Positions 7,822 through 17,488 of a DNA stretch of 64,000 bases are shown piece by piece. The translations under genes and the position numbers were made by a program. The notes beneath the pieces were generated by a model. That model was not told the origin of the DNA. It was given only the letters and a program-made list of their open reading frames with translations, and did not search any database. Numbering within the stretch: the stretch's first letter is position 1; every line of letters begins with the position of its first letter. The stretch lies in assembly GCA_003660975.1 (NCBI GenBank), contig QMVG01000002.1, positions 7,996 to 71,995 on the forward strand, written 5' to 3'. This DNA comes from Candidatus Micrarchaeota archaeon (GTDB taxonomy: Archaea; B1Sed10-29; B47-G15).

Positions 7822-9292
7822 AATCAAAGCGCTTCTTTTCCGTTTTAGCGCTGCTCTCAATTTTTCTTTTTATTATGCCCTCTTTTATCATGAATTCCAC
7901 ACCTGATTTTATCAAATCTTCAGAGTATTTTGTCATCTCACTTATCGCTTTTATATTCACTAGGCCCTTATTTTCTTTTATTATTCTAAATAATTCGTCC
8001 AAGAAGCTGTCATTAAAGGCAGCATTATCTTTAAGCACCTCATATTCCCCGTTTATGTCTGCTTTGAGTGCTGGAATTTTCCGCTTTGCCATTTTGGTCA
8101 CTGTTTTTGCTTTCGCTTGAATAAGCAAGACAACAATAATGGCAATAGCCAAGACCAGCGCTATGTAAAATATGGAATTACTTTCGCTTATACTCATTAA
8201 AAACGAGGTTGCCTCAAAATACGCCTTGTTTTTGTCTTCCATGGGATCTACTTTCACCAACCTCATCATCGGCTCTTCATATATCACTTGTGCTGATGCA
8301 GGTACCTTGCTAAATAATGGGTTTTTTATCCACTGCTCGTTGTTGTAGTATTCAACCCACGCATAATAACTTCCTCCTTTCTCAGCCACCACCACCTTGC
8401 AAGGCTCTGACAGCTTATCACAGGCAGTATCATAATACGCAGCAGCAGATATAAAATCATTCAATTCTCCATGAAGGTCAACACTGTGAACAATTCTGGA
8501 AGCGCCTATGTTCTCCAATCTATCTAAGATCATTTTATTTAACTCATCTATAGTGGCAACTGTTTCAACATCTCCCCTCGTTCTAAAGCTTTGCTGAGGC
8601 ACATAAGCAGTCAGCTCTAAAGGAATATACAATTGTCTTTTTCTCTGTATGTTCATCGGATAATAAATAGTTCTTACTGTCATCTGAGCATTTGGCTGAA
8701 GCGCTGGGTTGCTTATGCTAACGATATGCCATGGAATCTCCTGAAAGTTTATTTTTTCAGTTTTTAGTGAAATGCCTGGAAAGACAACCCCCAGACTTGC
8801 CCCCTCGCCCTCTTTTGGCATAAAGAGCAAGTAATTCGCACCTTCTCTAAATTGGGAAGCATCAAATATAGTCATATTCTCCTTACTGCTAAAATTGAAG
8901 TTGAGCGTTATTGAGGCGCTCTCTCCCTTATTTTTTATCTTGACTACTGTTTCAATAAAAGCATTGTATATGTTTATCTCAATGCCTACATCAACATTGC
9001 TTATTTCATTGCTTATTTTTAGCCTGTAGCTATCCGCTGGGTTGAATTTGTTATCGCTTCCACCTGCCAATATCACAAATGAATTTCTTTCTATTGGCTG
9101 CCCGTTTACATATATCTGTGGCAGTAAAGTCACATAATACCTTTCAGAAATTATCGCTTTATCAGAGAGAAGCATTGGTAGCTCTATACTGTAGCTATCA
9201 GTGCTTATGAAATAGTAATTTTCGTAAGTATATGGGTTGCTTACGCAATACATAGCAGGCATTATAATCAAAAGCAACAGCAATCTTTTCAT
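7769..9292 (-). CDS. Secreted/membrane-anchored protein with cytoplasmic C-terminal winged-helix-like domain
   Basis: N-terminal signal peptide (MKRLLLLLIIMPAMYC). An extracytoplasmic region of about 370 aa rich in N, S and Y. A single TM (IFYIALVLAIAIIVVLLIQA). Then a roughly 110-aa basic C-terminal domain (ELFRIIKENKGLVNIKAISEMTKYSEDLIKSGVEFMIKEGIIKRK) that resembles a wHTH. Its 3' end overlaps the convergent ATPase gene by about 50 nt. Confidence 0.4.
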   Translation of the reverse strand: MKRLLLLLIIMPAMYCVSNPYTYENYYFISTDSYSIELPMLLSDKAIISERYYVTLLPQIYVNGQPIERNSFVILAGGSDNKFNPADSYRLKISNEISNVDVGIEINIYNAFIETVVKIKNKGESASITLNFNFSSKENMTIFDASQFREGANYLLFMPKEGEGASLGVVFPGISLKTEKINFQEIPWHIVSISNPALQPNAQMTVRTIYYPMNIQRKRQLYIPLELTAYVPQQSFRTRGDVETVATIDELNKMILDRLENIGASRIVHSVDLHGELNDFISAAAYYDTACDKLSEPCKVVVAEKGGSYYAWVEYYNNEQWIKNPLFSKVPASAQVIYEEPMMRLVKVDPMEDKNKAYFEATSFLMSISESNSIFYIALVLAIAIIVVLLIQAKAKTVTKMAKRKIPALKADINGEYEVLKDNAAFNDSFLDELFRIIKENKGLVNIKAISEMTKYSEDLIKSGVEFMIKEGIIKRKIESSAKTEKKRFDFKMDLNLKHLKDLIGKH

Positions 9293-9807
9293 AGCTTCAC
9301 CACGTGTAGTTTACTGTATATGGGGCCTCTTGTTGTTAGTTTGCTCTCATATAACACAAGGCCCTCTGCTGTGAATTCTCCCAAATCATTTAGGTTGAAT
9401 ACCTCTCTTATTTCCATTGGAGGTCTTTTTTTAACCCTTGCAAGTGTTATATGAGGTATAAACGCTTTGTCTTTTTTAATGCTTTTTAAAGGCTCTAAGG
9501 ACATGACTTTTTTCTCTAATTCCATTAGCTTATCTGAAACTGCAGAAGCCCATATAACGTTAATTCTTTCTTTACTTGGAAATGCGGAGATATAGCTTAC
9601 TCTTACCTTAAAGCTTCCAAAGCCTTCTAAACAATCTAAGGCATCTGCTATCTCATTTGCTTTCTCCTCTCTTATGTCTCCTAAAAACACGATGTTTATA
9701 TGCAGGTTTTCTTTTTCAACACATTTTACATCAAAGCGTTTTAGAAAATTTAATGCTTTGACAATCTTTGGTAATGGAGGCACAGCAATTCCAATAAAGG
9801 CCCTCAT
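9289..9807 (-). CDS. thpR: RNA 2',3'-cyclic phosphodiesterase / 2'-5' RNA ligase (LigT/ThpR, 2H phosphoesterase)
   Basis: Two H-x-T/S-x motifs in the expected positions (HINIVFLG and HITLARV). Size of about 170 aa. Confidence 0.65.
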   Translation of the reverse strand: MRAFIGIAVPPLPKIVKALNFLKRFDVKCVEKENLHINIVFLGDIREEKANEIADALDCLEGFGSFKVRVSYISAFPSKERINVIWASAVSDKLMELEKKVMSLEPLKSIKKDKAFIPHITLARVKKRPPMEIREVFNLNDLGEFTAEGLVLYESKLTTRGPIYSKLHVVKL

Positions 9808-11618
9808 TTGGCTTTCACCTTTACAAATTTCAATAACTCTGCCAGGGCAATGTCATCAGTTTCGTAAAATAAAGCCCCATCGCAGAGTTGCTGCAATCTC
9901 CTAACAACTGGAGGCTCTGCAGCTTTTGGTTTTATTTTTTCGCTTGACATCTCGATATCATACCTCTTGTTGTGTTCAGCGAAGTGTTCGTGAGCATCAC
10001 TTCCCACAACTTCCCCTATCCTAAACTTCAGTCCACTTGCTCTCTCCTCTTCCCTTATCTTCCTTCTCGTGAATCTAAGTATTTTTTCCATAAGGTCAAG
10101 TTCCTTACTTGTAAATGTTTCGCTGCCACTTAATATCTTAACTGCCTGAGGAAGCCCTTCATAAGTAATTATATTGAAATAATTTTCAAGCTTGATATAT
10201 GCTTCACCTTCATACTCCGCTGTAAGAACATTTAGAACATCATTTCCGGACAGCCTTCTCTCAATTATCTCATATTTCTTTTTGCACACATCGAAGGCCT
10301 TCTCTATGACATCTTCAAGTTTGTTATAAAACACTGTTTCATTTTTATTTTCATAAGCAATCTTCACGATGTTTATACTAACACTCTGCATCACACCTCC
10401 TCTCATGTTCATTGTAGGTAGAGTGTTTCCATAAACTAGATTGTCGCCTCTCGTTAGGTAAACTTCCTGTTTGGCTTCTTTCAATAAGCTTCGGCAGTCC
10501 TCGCCACAATAGGTAACATTGATGTCAGGGTATAGAAAGCTAACCTCTGGATACGATTTGTCTCTCATATACATCATCTCTCTGAGAAAAGCCCTGCTTT
10601 CATCTTCGTACTCTCCATAAGTGCCTTTGAACTCCCCGCCCTTAGAAACCGCTTTCTTGGAGGATAGCTCTTTTGGGATTTCAGAGTCCATATTTATTGT
10701 TATGGCTTTTTTGCCCATCAATTCATAATTTATTTCATAAAGGAATTTTTGGCAAAGCTGCCTGATGCTTTTCTTGCTCATTCTCCTTATGTATGGAGCA
10801 ATGAAAACATTGAAGTGGTCAATGCTTATTCCTCCACTGACGAACTTTATACTTGCAAGAGCTGCCCTCACAACATGAGATATCGCCACCTCTGCACTTT
10901 TTGCAGGTTTTGTTTTTATTATACCTGGAAAGGCCAAACCATTCTTTAGAAAGACACGGATGTCATGCTCAAAACTTATTGGGCTGGTGATAAAGTCATG
11001 CAAGTCATGGATGTGAAGGTCTGCATTTAAGTGCATGTTGCTAATCTGCTGAGGCAGTATTCTAGTTAGTATGTATTCCTGCATGATGGCGTTTATGAAA
11101 CTTTCCTTAAACAGGCGGGGCGATGACATTGATTTTTTTCTTATCATTTGGCTAATATCATATACAGGAAGCCCTATACGGGTGTACTTCAACTTTTCAC
11201 TATCCATCCTTTTCTCAAGTAGTTTTGCGTTCACCATTTCTCTGATTAAGGGGGCGCTTATGTTTCTCAACTGCAGTTTTCTTATGTCATTTTCAACATT
11301 CTTGGCTATCTCTTCAGCCACAATCTTTGAAACCCTTGTTTCCTTTATTAGCGACTTGACTATTTTATCGCGCTCGAACGGTTCAATTATATTTTTTGAT
11401 GTTCTCACATTTATGAAATGATAAGACTCGTATTGCTGAGCAGCATTGGGGTCGTGTTTCTTTAGCTCTTCAATTACCATTTTATCTATGGTGGCTTGTA
11501 GGAGCTTTCTTTTCATCTTATCTTTTAGAGCAATAGCGACTTGACCAGCGAGCCAGAAGTCAATGCCTGCTTTTATGCACCTTTGTATTATGATATTTGG
11601 GTTTATCCTTTCAACCAT
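9804..11618 (-). CDS. ATP-cone domain protein, possibly ribonucleotide reductase (class III NrdD)-like
   Basis: Residues about 70 to 150 (VRTSKNIIEPFERDKIVKSLIKETRVSKIVAEEIAKNV) fit the ATP-cone consensus (V.KRDG..E.F...KI..). The roughly 450-aa remainder was not confidently assigned. The C-terminus shows no glycyl-radical RVCGY-type motif and no CxxC zinc ribbon. Confidence 0.35.
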   Translation of the reverse strand: MVERINPNIIIQRCIKAGIDFWLAGQVAIALKDKMKRKLLQATIDKMVIEELKKHDPNAAQQYESYHFINVRTSKNIIEPFERDKIVKSLIKETRVSKIVAEEIAKNVENDIRKLQLRNISAPLIREMVNAKLLEKRMDSEKLKYTRIGLPVYDISQMIRKKSMSSPRLFKESFINAIMQEYILTRILPQQISNMHLNADLHIHDLHDFITSPISFEHDIRVFLKNGLAFPGIIKTKPAKSAEVAISHVVRAALASIKFVSGGISIDHFNVFIAPYIRRMSKKSIRQLCQKFLYEINYELMGKKAITINMDSEIPKELSSKKAVSKGGEFKGTYGEYEDESRAFLREMMYMRDKSYPEVSFLYPDINVTYCGEDCRSLLKEAKQEVYLTRGDNLVYGNTLPTMNMRGGVMQSVSINIVKIAYENKNETVFYNKLEDVIEKAFDVCKKKYEIIERRLSGNDVLNVLTAEYEGEAYIKLENYFNIITYEGLPQAVKILSGSETFTSKELDLMEKILRFTRRKIREEERASGLKFRIGEVVGSDAHEHFAEHNKRYDIEMSSEKIKPKAAEPPVVRRLQQLCDGALFYETDDIALAELLKFVKVKAK

Positions 11619-11654
11619 ATGCCATTATTAGGATGTTTTTAGCATAAGTATATT

Positions 11655-12074
11655 ATGGAAGAAATTGATGAGACCGATGAGAAGATTATAGAGATATTAA
11701 AAAAGGACTCAAGGACTGCATATACAGATATTTCGAAGAAGCTAGGCCTGTCTGACGTGGCTGTTAAGAAGAGAATTGACAAGCTAATTGAAAAAGGCAT
11801 AATAAAGCACTTCTCAATCACCCTTGATTACGCAAAAATAGGAAAGCCCCTGAGGGCCTTTCTTCTTTTGAGGATGAAGCCCAGCTATACAGAGGACATA
11901 ATAGAACACCTGGCAAAAATAGATGGAGTACTCAACGTTCTTCAAACTGTGGGGAGTTATGATTTTCTAGTGGAGCTTGTTTGTAGGGATATGGGTGAAT
12001 TAAAAAGAATAGCAGAGGAGCAGATAGGCAATTTAGAGGGAATAAATGAGATAAGGACCTTAATAGGTGTTTGA
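11655..12074 (+). CDS. lrp: Lrp/AsnC-family transcriptional regulator
   Basis: N-terminal HTH (DEKIIEILKKDSRTAYTDISKKLGLSDVAVKKRIDKLIEKGII) plus a C-terminal RAM/AsnC_trans domain. 139 aa. Confidence 0.8.
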   Translation: MEEIDETDEKIIEILKKDSRTAYTDISKKLGLSDVAVKKRIDKLIEKGIIKHFSITLDYAKIGKPLRAFLLLRMKPSYTEDIIEHLAKIDGVLNVLQTVGSYDFLVELVCRDMGELKRIAEEQIGNLEGINEIRTLIGV

Positions 12075-12368
12075 GTGAAAATTGTTGCTGACTTAATGGA
12101 GAGTGAAGACCCAAAAAAGCTTTTAAGAGCTCTCAAAAAGCTCTTTCCAGATGCCAACTTTACAGTAGGCCCTTCATTTATAGAGGGAGAGTCAGATCTG
12201 GAAGAATTTTGGACATTGGTTGACAAAGCAAAAATAGGCCCCACAATCGAAGAACTGATAGATGCAAATGGCTTTGTAGACCTAAATAAGATAGCTGCCC
12301 TAGCAGGTAAAGTAGCAATTGACCAAGGCTCACCGATCGGCAAGATACGCGTCTTTTTTAGCAAATAA
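12075..12368 (+). CDS. Hypothetical protein
   Basis: 97-aa ORF starting with GTG directly after the lrp stop. Acidic. No family recognised. Confidence 0.3.
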   Translation: MKIVADLMESEDPKKLLRALKKLFPDANFTVGPSFIEGESDLEEFWTLVDKAKIGPTIEELIDANGFVDLNKIAALAGKVAIDQGSPIGKIRVFFSK

Positions 12369-12398
12369 TTAATAAATAAGCTTAGCCAAAATAATACT

Positions 12399-13244
12399 AT
12401 GCTTAGAAAACTGCCAATTGCACTGCTTTTCATTTTAACAATCTCGCTAGCCAATATTTACATGCTTTATCCAAAGAGGATTACTTTTACTGAAGAGCGC
12501 TTAGACCTTGATGAGGGAGTTAGGTATCTTAAAGGCATAAACCTCGGTGATATGGCACCTGGTCAAACATTGAAAATCATAATTGACAGGAGAAGCAGCT
12601 CTGAAAGAAACCTACCTGGTGAGCAGTTTTTGTGGAATTATCTCGAAATTTCTTCTTACGAAGAGGGTTGGCAAGTGAGTTCATTTGAAACAGAGCCAAC
12701 AATGTTGAGCATAAGCATAACCGCTCCAAAAACAGCGTCAGGCACCTCTTCATTTTACCTCATCGCCAAGAATATAGAGCAAGAAGAGGGTTTGAGGACA
12801 CCTGAAAAGGTACTGCTGCAAGTGAACATAAAGCCAGATGTTTTTGACTACCTTGTAAGTGAAAATGAAACATATACAGCAGAGGCAGGCAGGTTGAATA
12901 ACGTAACATTTAACATAAAGAGCAGGTCTATTGCTATGGATAGTCTGCTTTTGGAGGCACAGACTTTGCCAAATAAATGGACAAAAGCAGCGTATATGGA
13001 TGTTGAACCTCTTGTTAACAACAAGGTAAGCTTGATGTTGGAGCCAATGGAGGAAGGTCTGTATCCTCTGACAGTGAAAGTGAGCAGAGCTTCAAATCCT
13101 GAAATAGTTGATTATTTCAACACGAGGTTAAGGGTGTATCCTACTATGGCTTCAAAGTTTAAGGCCTGTGCAGAAGGTTTTTCTATCACTAGCCTCGTTT
13201 TACAACCAATCTATTCCTTAATGGCGTTAATATCTTCACTTTAA
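12399..13244 (+). CDS. Hypothetical secreted protein
   Basis: N-terminal signal/TM (LPIALLFILTISLANIYML) and a 281-aa hydrophilic body. No family recognised. Confidence 0.35.
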   Translation: MLRKLPIALLFILTISLANIYMLYPKRITFTEERLDLDEGVRYLKGINLGDMAPGQTLKIIIDRRSSSERNLPGEQFLWNYLEISSYEEGWQVSSFETEPTMLSISITAPKTASGTSSFYLIAKNIEQEEGLRTPEKVLLQVNIKPDVFDYLVSENETYTAEAGRLNNVTFNIKSRSIAMDSLLLEAQTLPNKWTKAAYMDVEPLVNNKVSLMLEPMEEGLYPLTVKVSRASNPEIVDYFNTRLRVYPTMASKFKACAEGFSITSLVLQPIYSLMALISSL

Positions 13245-13254
13245 GACAGGTGAG

Positions 13255-14586
13255 TTGGTGTATTCAAAGAACATATCTGAGTTATTGGCTAAGATAAATG
13301 CGAATTACGGTGATTTTATAAAAATAGAAAAATCTGGCAGGCATTATGAAGGCATTTTAATGCCTCCGCCAGAAATTGGTGACAGCGATGCAATCATCAT
13401 AAAATTAAAAAACGGCTATAACATCGGTGTCTCTTATGATGCTTCTATGGCTGTATCTCTCATTGAAAAATCCAAGTGGAAGAAAAAAGAAACTAAGGTG
13501 AAGTTAAATTTTGACAAGAAAAAAAGCGATGTAGCGCTGATAAGCACAGGTGGGACCATAACATCCAAAGTAGACTATGAAACAGGAGGCGTTAGCTCTT
13601 TAATGAAAGCAGAGGAACTCATCTCTCTTGTGCCTGAAATTGTAGAGTGGGCGAATTTAGAGATAGTCACTCCCTTCAGCAGAATGAGTGAGTCGATAAG
13701 TCCGAAGGATTGGCAACAGCTGGCTAAGGCAACTTTTAAAGAACTCAAAAAAAGAGACGCCATTATAATAACCCACGGGACAGACACATTGCACTACACA
13801 GCAGCTGCCCTATCCTTTATGATAAGAAATCTAAACAAACCAATTATCTTAACAGCAGCCCAGAGGTCTTCTGATAGGGGAAGCACTGACGCTGCTTTGA
13901 ACCTACTCTGTTCTTCTATAGCAGCCTCTAAGTTAGATATAGCAGAGGTGTCCATATGCATGCACGCAAATATTAGCGATGATTTCTGTTATCTACTTCG
14001 TGGCACAAAGGTAAGAAAAATGCACAGTAGTGCAAGGAATGCCTTTAGACCAATAAACACCTTGCCAATAGCAGAGGTATGGCCTGACGGCAAGATAAAC
14101 ATTTTGTCTGACTACAAAAAGAGCAGCGATTTAGAAGCCAAATTAGACAACAAATATGAAGAAAAAGTGGCGCTTGTAAAAATATATCCTGGCATAAATT
14201 CAGATGTTTTGGATTATTATATTGACAGAGGTTATAAAGGGCTAATTCTTGAGGCCTTTGGATTAGGGCATGTGCCTACTGAGACGAGAGAAAAAAAGCA
14301 CTCACTTTACAATTCCATAAAAATGGCAATAGAAAGGGGAATATTTGTTGGCTTTGCTGCTCAGACCCTATATGGCTCGCTAAACCCATATGTTTACTCT
14401 AGCGGTAGGAAAATGTTGGATTTGGGCGTTGTCTACTTGAAAGACATGCTTCCAGAGGTAGCATTAGTGAAGCTGGGCTGGGTGTTAGCACACAGTAAAA
14501 ACATTGAGGAAACAAAGGCTTTGATGCTCAAAAATATCGCTGGAGAATTTAATGATAAAATCACTGCAGAGCAGTTTCTGTATTGA
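13255..14586 (+). CDS. gatD: Glutamyl-tRNA(Gln) amidotransferase subunit D
   Basis: N-terminal GatD-specific domain followed by an L-asparaginase fold with ISTGGTI and HGTDTLHYTAAALSFM motifs. Lies upstream of gatE. Confidence 0.85.
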   Translation: MVYSKNISELLAKINANYGDFIKIEKSGRHYEGILMPPPEIGDSDAIIIKLKNGYNIGVSYDASMAVSLIEKSKWKKKETKVKLNFDKKKSDVALISTGGTITSKVDYETGGVSSLMKAEELISLVPEIVEWANLEIVTPFSRMSESISPKDWQQLAKATFKELKKRDAIIITHGTDTLHYTAAALSFMIRNLNKPIILTAAQRSSDRGSTDAALNLLCSSIAASKLDIAEVSICMHANISDDFCYLLRGTKVRKMHSSARNAFRPINTLPIAEVWPDGKINILSDYKKSSDLEAKLDNKYEEKVALVKIYPGINSDVLDYYIDRGYKGLILEAFGLGHVPTETREKKHSLYNSIKMAIERGIFVGFAAQTLYGSLNPYVYSSGRKMLDLGVVYLKDMLPEVALVKLGWVLAHSKNIEETKALMLKNIAGEFNDKITAEQFLY

Positions 14587-14594
14587 GGGATTAT

Positions 14595-15116
14595 ATGATA
14601 ATAGGTGTCGCAGGTTACGCTGCAAGTGGAAAGGACAGCATAGCGGATTACTTAGAGAAGAAATATGGCTTTAAGCACCTGGATTTTTTTAGAGATATTT
14701 TGCTTTCAATGTTGAGGGAGAGGGGTTTGAAAGAAGACAAAATGAATGCCTCTGTTTTGGGAAATGAGCTCAGGCAGAACTATGGAAGGGGCGCTTTGGC
14801 AAAGTTGATGGCTGAAAGACTGATTGAAAACACGGATTATGTTATCACTGGTTTTAGGAGCCCTGAGGAGGTTGAAGAAATCAGGAAGAAAGGGGAATTT
14901 CTCCTCTTGTGGGTATGGGCACCGTTAAAGAAAAGATTCAGTAGGAGAAGGGACATAGACCCCCAAAACATAGAGGAATTTAAAAGAAGAGATGAGCTGG
15001 ATAAGGAAAAAGGCATGGATGAGGTTTTCAAAAGTGCAGACATTATAATAAACAATGAGGGCAGTATTGAGGAATTGCACCAGCTTATAGACAGCATTAT
15101 GGAGAAATTAAGATGA
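14595..15116 (+). CDS. P-loop NTPase, small nucleotide/nucleoside kinase-like (paralogue A)
   Basis: Walker A-like GVAGYAASGKDS at the N-terminus, about 175 aa. The C-terminal DPQNIEEFKRRDELDKEKGMDEV is shared with the downstream paralogue. Start placed at the first ATG (the track ORF begins at TTG 14583). Its TGA overlaps the next ATG (ATGA). Confidence 0.45.
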   Translation: MIIGVAGYAASGKDSIADYLEKKYGFKHLDFFRDILLSMLRERGLKEDKMNASVLGNELRQNYGRGALAKLMAERLIENTDYVITGFRSPEEVEEIRKKGEFLLLWVWAPLKKRFSRRRDIDPQNIEEFKRRDELDKEKGMDEVFKSADIIINNEGSIEELHQLIDSIMEKLR

Positions 15117-15640
15117 AGATAATCATCGTGGTTGGTCTCGTAAGAAGCGGAAAGGACACGGTTTCTGAGTATATTTCAAGAGCTTATGGCTATCAATTAT
15201 TGGTAGCAAGTGATGTTATCAGAGAGGAAGCCAAGAAGAGAGGAATAACACCAAGCAAAGAAAACCTTACAAAGCTTACAGAGGAATTATATGAGAATGG
15301 CTTTCAGGGCGAGATTGCAAGGCGTTTAATGAAGCGCTTTAGCTCGGACAGAGTCGTAATAAACGGCTTTAGGAGCCCTGTTCAAATAGACTTTCTTAGA
15401 AACGAATATAATGGAGATGTTTATGTTTTAGAAGTGTTCAGCCGCTCTGATCTGCGTTTCGCTAGGCGGGAAAATGACGATCCTCAAAATGAGGAAAAAT
15501 TTTTTGAGAGAGACAAGATAGACATAGAAAAATTTGCCCTAAATAAAGTGCTTGAGATGGCTGATTACAGAGTAAACAATAATGGCAGCAAAGAGGAACT
15601 ATATAAGCAGATAGATGAGTTTATGAAGGAGATTGAATGA
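15113..15640 (+). CDS. P-loop NTPase, small nucleotide/nucleoside kinase-like (paralogue B)
   Basis: Walker A-like VVGLVRSGKDT. It aligns by eye with paralogue A along its length (GFRSP motif, DPQN...F.RD..D.EK tail). Confidence 0.45.
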   Translation: MKIIIVVGLVRSGKDTVSEYISRAYGYQLLVASDVIREEAKKRGITPSKENLTKLTEELYENGFQGEIARRLMKRFSSDRVVINGFRSPVQIDFLRNEYNGDVYVLEVFSRSDLRFARRENDDPQNEEKFFERDKIDIEKFALNKVLEMADYRVNNNGSKEELYKQIDEFMKEIE

Positions 15641-17484
15641 ATTACAAGAAACTGGGTTTAAAAGTTGGCCTGGAATTTCACCAAAGATTGGATACTCATA
15701 AGCTGTTTTGCAATTGCTCCTCTGTTATGGAGGACAGTCCTGTGATTTACACTGTTACGCGAAGGCTTAGGCCAGTAGCAGGAGAGCTTGGAGAATTAGA
15801 CGAAGCAGCCCTTCAAGAGTTCAAGAGAGGAAAGGTTTTTGAATACGAGCTGAGAAAAGGAAGCTCTTGTTTGGTAGAACTTGATGAAGAGCCTCCACAT
15901 GAAGTCAACAAGGATGCTTTGCATATAGCGTTAACTATATCTCTCATGCTGAACTGCAACATTGTTGATGAGATTCATTTCATGCGAAAAACAGTGATCG
16001 ATGGGAGCAATACCTCTGGCTTCCAACGAACCGCAATGGTGGCGCACGGCGGTTTTTTGAAGACCCCTTATGGCAGGATACCAATAGAGGCAATCTTTTT
16101 GGAAGAGGAGTCGGCAGGCATAGTGGCCGAGACAGAAGAAAAAAAAGTTTACCGCTTGGACAGGCTTGGCATACCTTTAGTTGAAATAGCAACAGGCATC
16201 ATAGAAAAAGAGCCAAAAGAGATAAAAGACATTGCCTTGCGTCTCGGCCGCCTTCTCAGGTTGACAGGAAGGGTACAGAGGGGCATAGGGAGCATAAGAC
16301 AGGATGTAAACATTTCCATTGAGAAGGGCAACAGAGTGGAGATAAAGGGTTTACAGGAAGTAGAGCTTTTGGATAAGGCGATTGACTTAGAAATTAAAAG
16401 GCAGCTTTCGCTTTTAGAGATACAAAAAGAGCTAAAAAGAAGACAGCTGAAGCACGGCAATTATATCGTAAAGGATGTTACAGCTGCCTTTGAAGGCTGT
16501 GAGAACAATTTTATTAAGAAGGCCTTACAAAAAGGGCACAAAGTGTATGCCATGTATTTGCCTGGCTTTGAAGGAATTTTAGGAAAAGAGCTCACGCCCG
16601 GACGCAGGTTTGGCTCAGAGCTCGCAGACCACGCTAAGGGCTTTGGTCTTGGAGGAATAATCCACTCTGATGAAGACCTTGGAAAATATAAGCTTTCAGA
16701 TGCATTTAATAAGATTAAGAGAAAAGGTGAAGCTGTTTTGATAGTTGTCGGAGAAGAGAGAAAAGCATTGTCTGCATTACAGGACATATCCAATAGAATA
16801 AAGCAAGCATTTGACGGTGTGCCTAAGGAAACAAGAAGGTTCCTTCCAGATGGCAATTCTGCTTTTATGAGAGTGCTGGCAGGCGCAAAGAGAATGTATC
16901 CTGAAACAGATGTGCCGACAGTCAAGGTCAATAGTAAGATGCTTTCCGATATCAAAAAACAGCTTCCTGAGGATTTGGACACTGTTTTGAAGAAATTGAG
17001 AAAAATGGGTTTGAGCGAAGAATTAGCAGAAAGGGTTGTTATTAGCAAGAGAGCCAAGCTTTTTTATAAACTCGTTGATATGGGGGTCAGCCCCACGCTT
17101 GCAGCTTCAACACTGGAGGATGAACTAATTTCAATAAGGAGAGAGGGGCTGGATATAGATAATATATCAGAGAAATCTATTGAGGATATTTTTGTAGATT
17201 ACCTTAGAGGCAGGTTTTCGAAGGAAGCAATACCTAAAATACTGAGAAGCTTAGCGAAATCAACGGATAAAGATGTAGAAGCTGTCATCAAAAACTTAGG
17301 TATTGAAACCGTTCCTAAGGAAAAGATCGAAGAAGAGATAACGAGAATTATCAGAGAGGAAAATCTCAACTTGAGCGACAAAAGAAAGTCCTTCCGTGCT
17401 ATAATGGGAGAACTTATGAAAAAATACAGGGGAAGAGTTGATGGGGGCCTCATGGCAGAACTTGTTAAGAAAAAATTGGGGTGA
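15637..17484 (+). CDS. gatE: Glutamyl-tRNA(Gln) amidotransferase subunit E
   Basis: N-terminal GLEFHQRLDTHKLFCNC and the overall GatB/GatE-type fold, with a C-terminal GatB/YqeY-like tail. 615 aa. Confidence 0.85.
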   Translation: MNYKKLGLKVGLEFHQRLDTHKLFCNCSSVMEDSPVIYTVTRRLRPVAGELGELDEAALQEFKRGKVFEYELRKGSSCLVELDEEPPHEVNKDALHIALTISLMLNCNIVDEIHFMRKTVIDGSNTSGFQRTAMVAHGGFLKTPYGRIPIEAIFLEEESAGIVAETEEKKVYRLDRLGIPLVEIATGIIEKEPKEIKDIALRLGRLLRLTGRVQRGIGSIRQDVNISIEKGNRVEIKGLQEVELLDKAIDLEIKRQLSLLEIQKELKRRQLKHGNYIVKDVTAAFEGCENNFIKKALQKGHKVYAMYLPGFEGILGKELTPGRRFGSELADHAKGFGLGGIIHSDEDLGKYKLSDAFNKIKRKGEAVLIVVGEERKALSALQDISNRIKQAFDGVPKETRRFLPDGNSAFMRVLAGAKRMYPETDVPTVKVNSKMLSDIKKQLPEDLDTVLKKLRKMGLSEELAERVVISKRAKLFYKLVDMGVSPTLAASTLEDELISIRREGLDIDNISEKSIEDIFVDYLRGRFSKEAIPKILRSLAKSTDKDVEAVIKNLGIETVPKEKIEEEITRIIREENLNLSDKRKSFRAIMGELMKKYRGRVDGGLMAELVKKKLG

Positions 17485-17488
17485 GAGT

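Noticed and set aside
15980-17057. Minus-strand ORFs of 70, 103 and 198 aa overlapping gatE
   Set aside because: They lie entirely within a well-supported gatE coding region on the other strand, have low-complexity S/L/P-rich composition, and no recognisable motifs.
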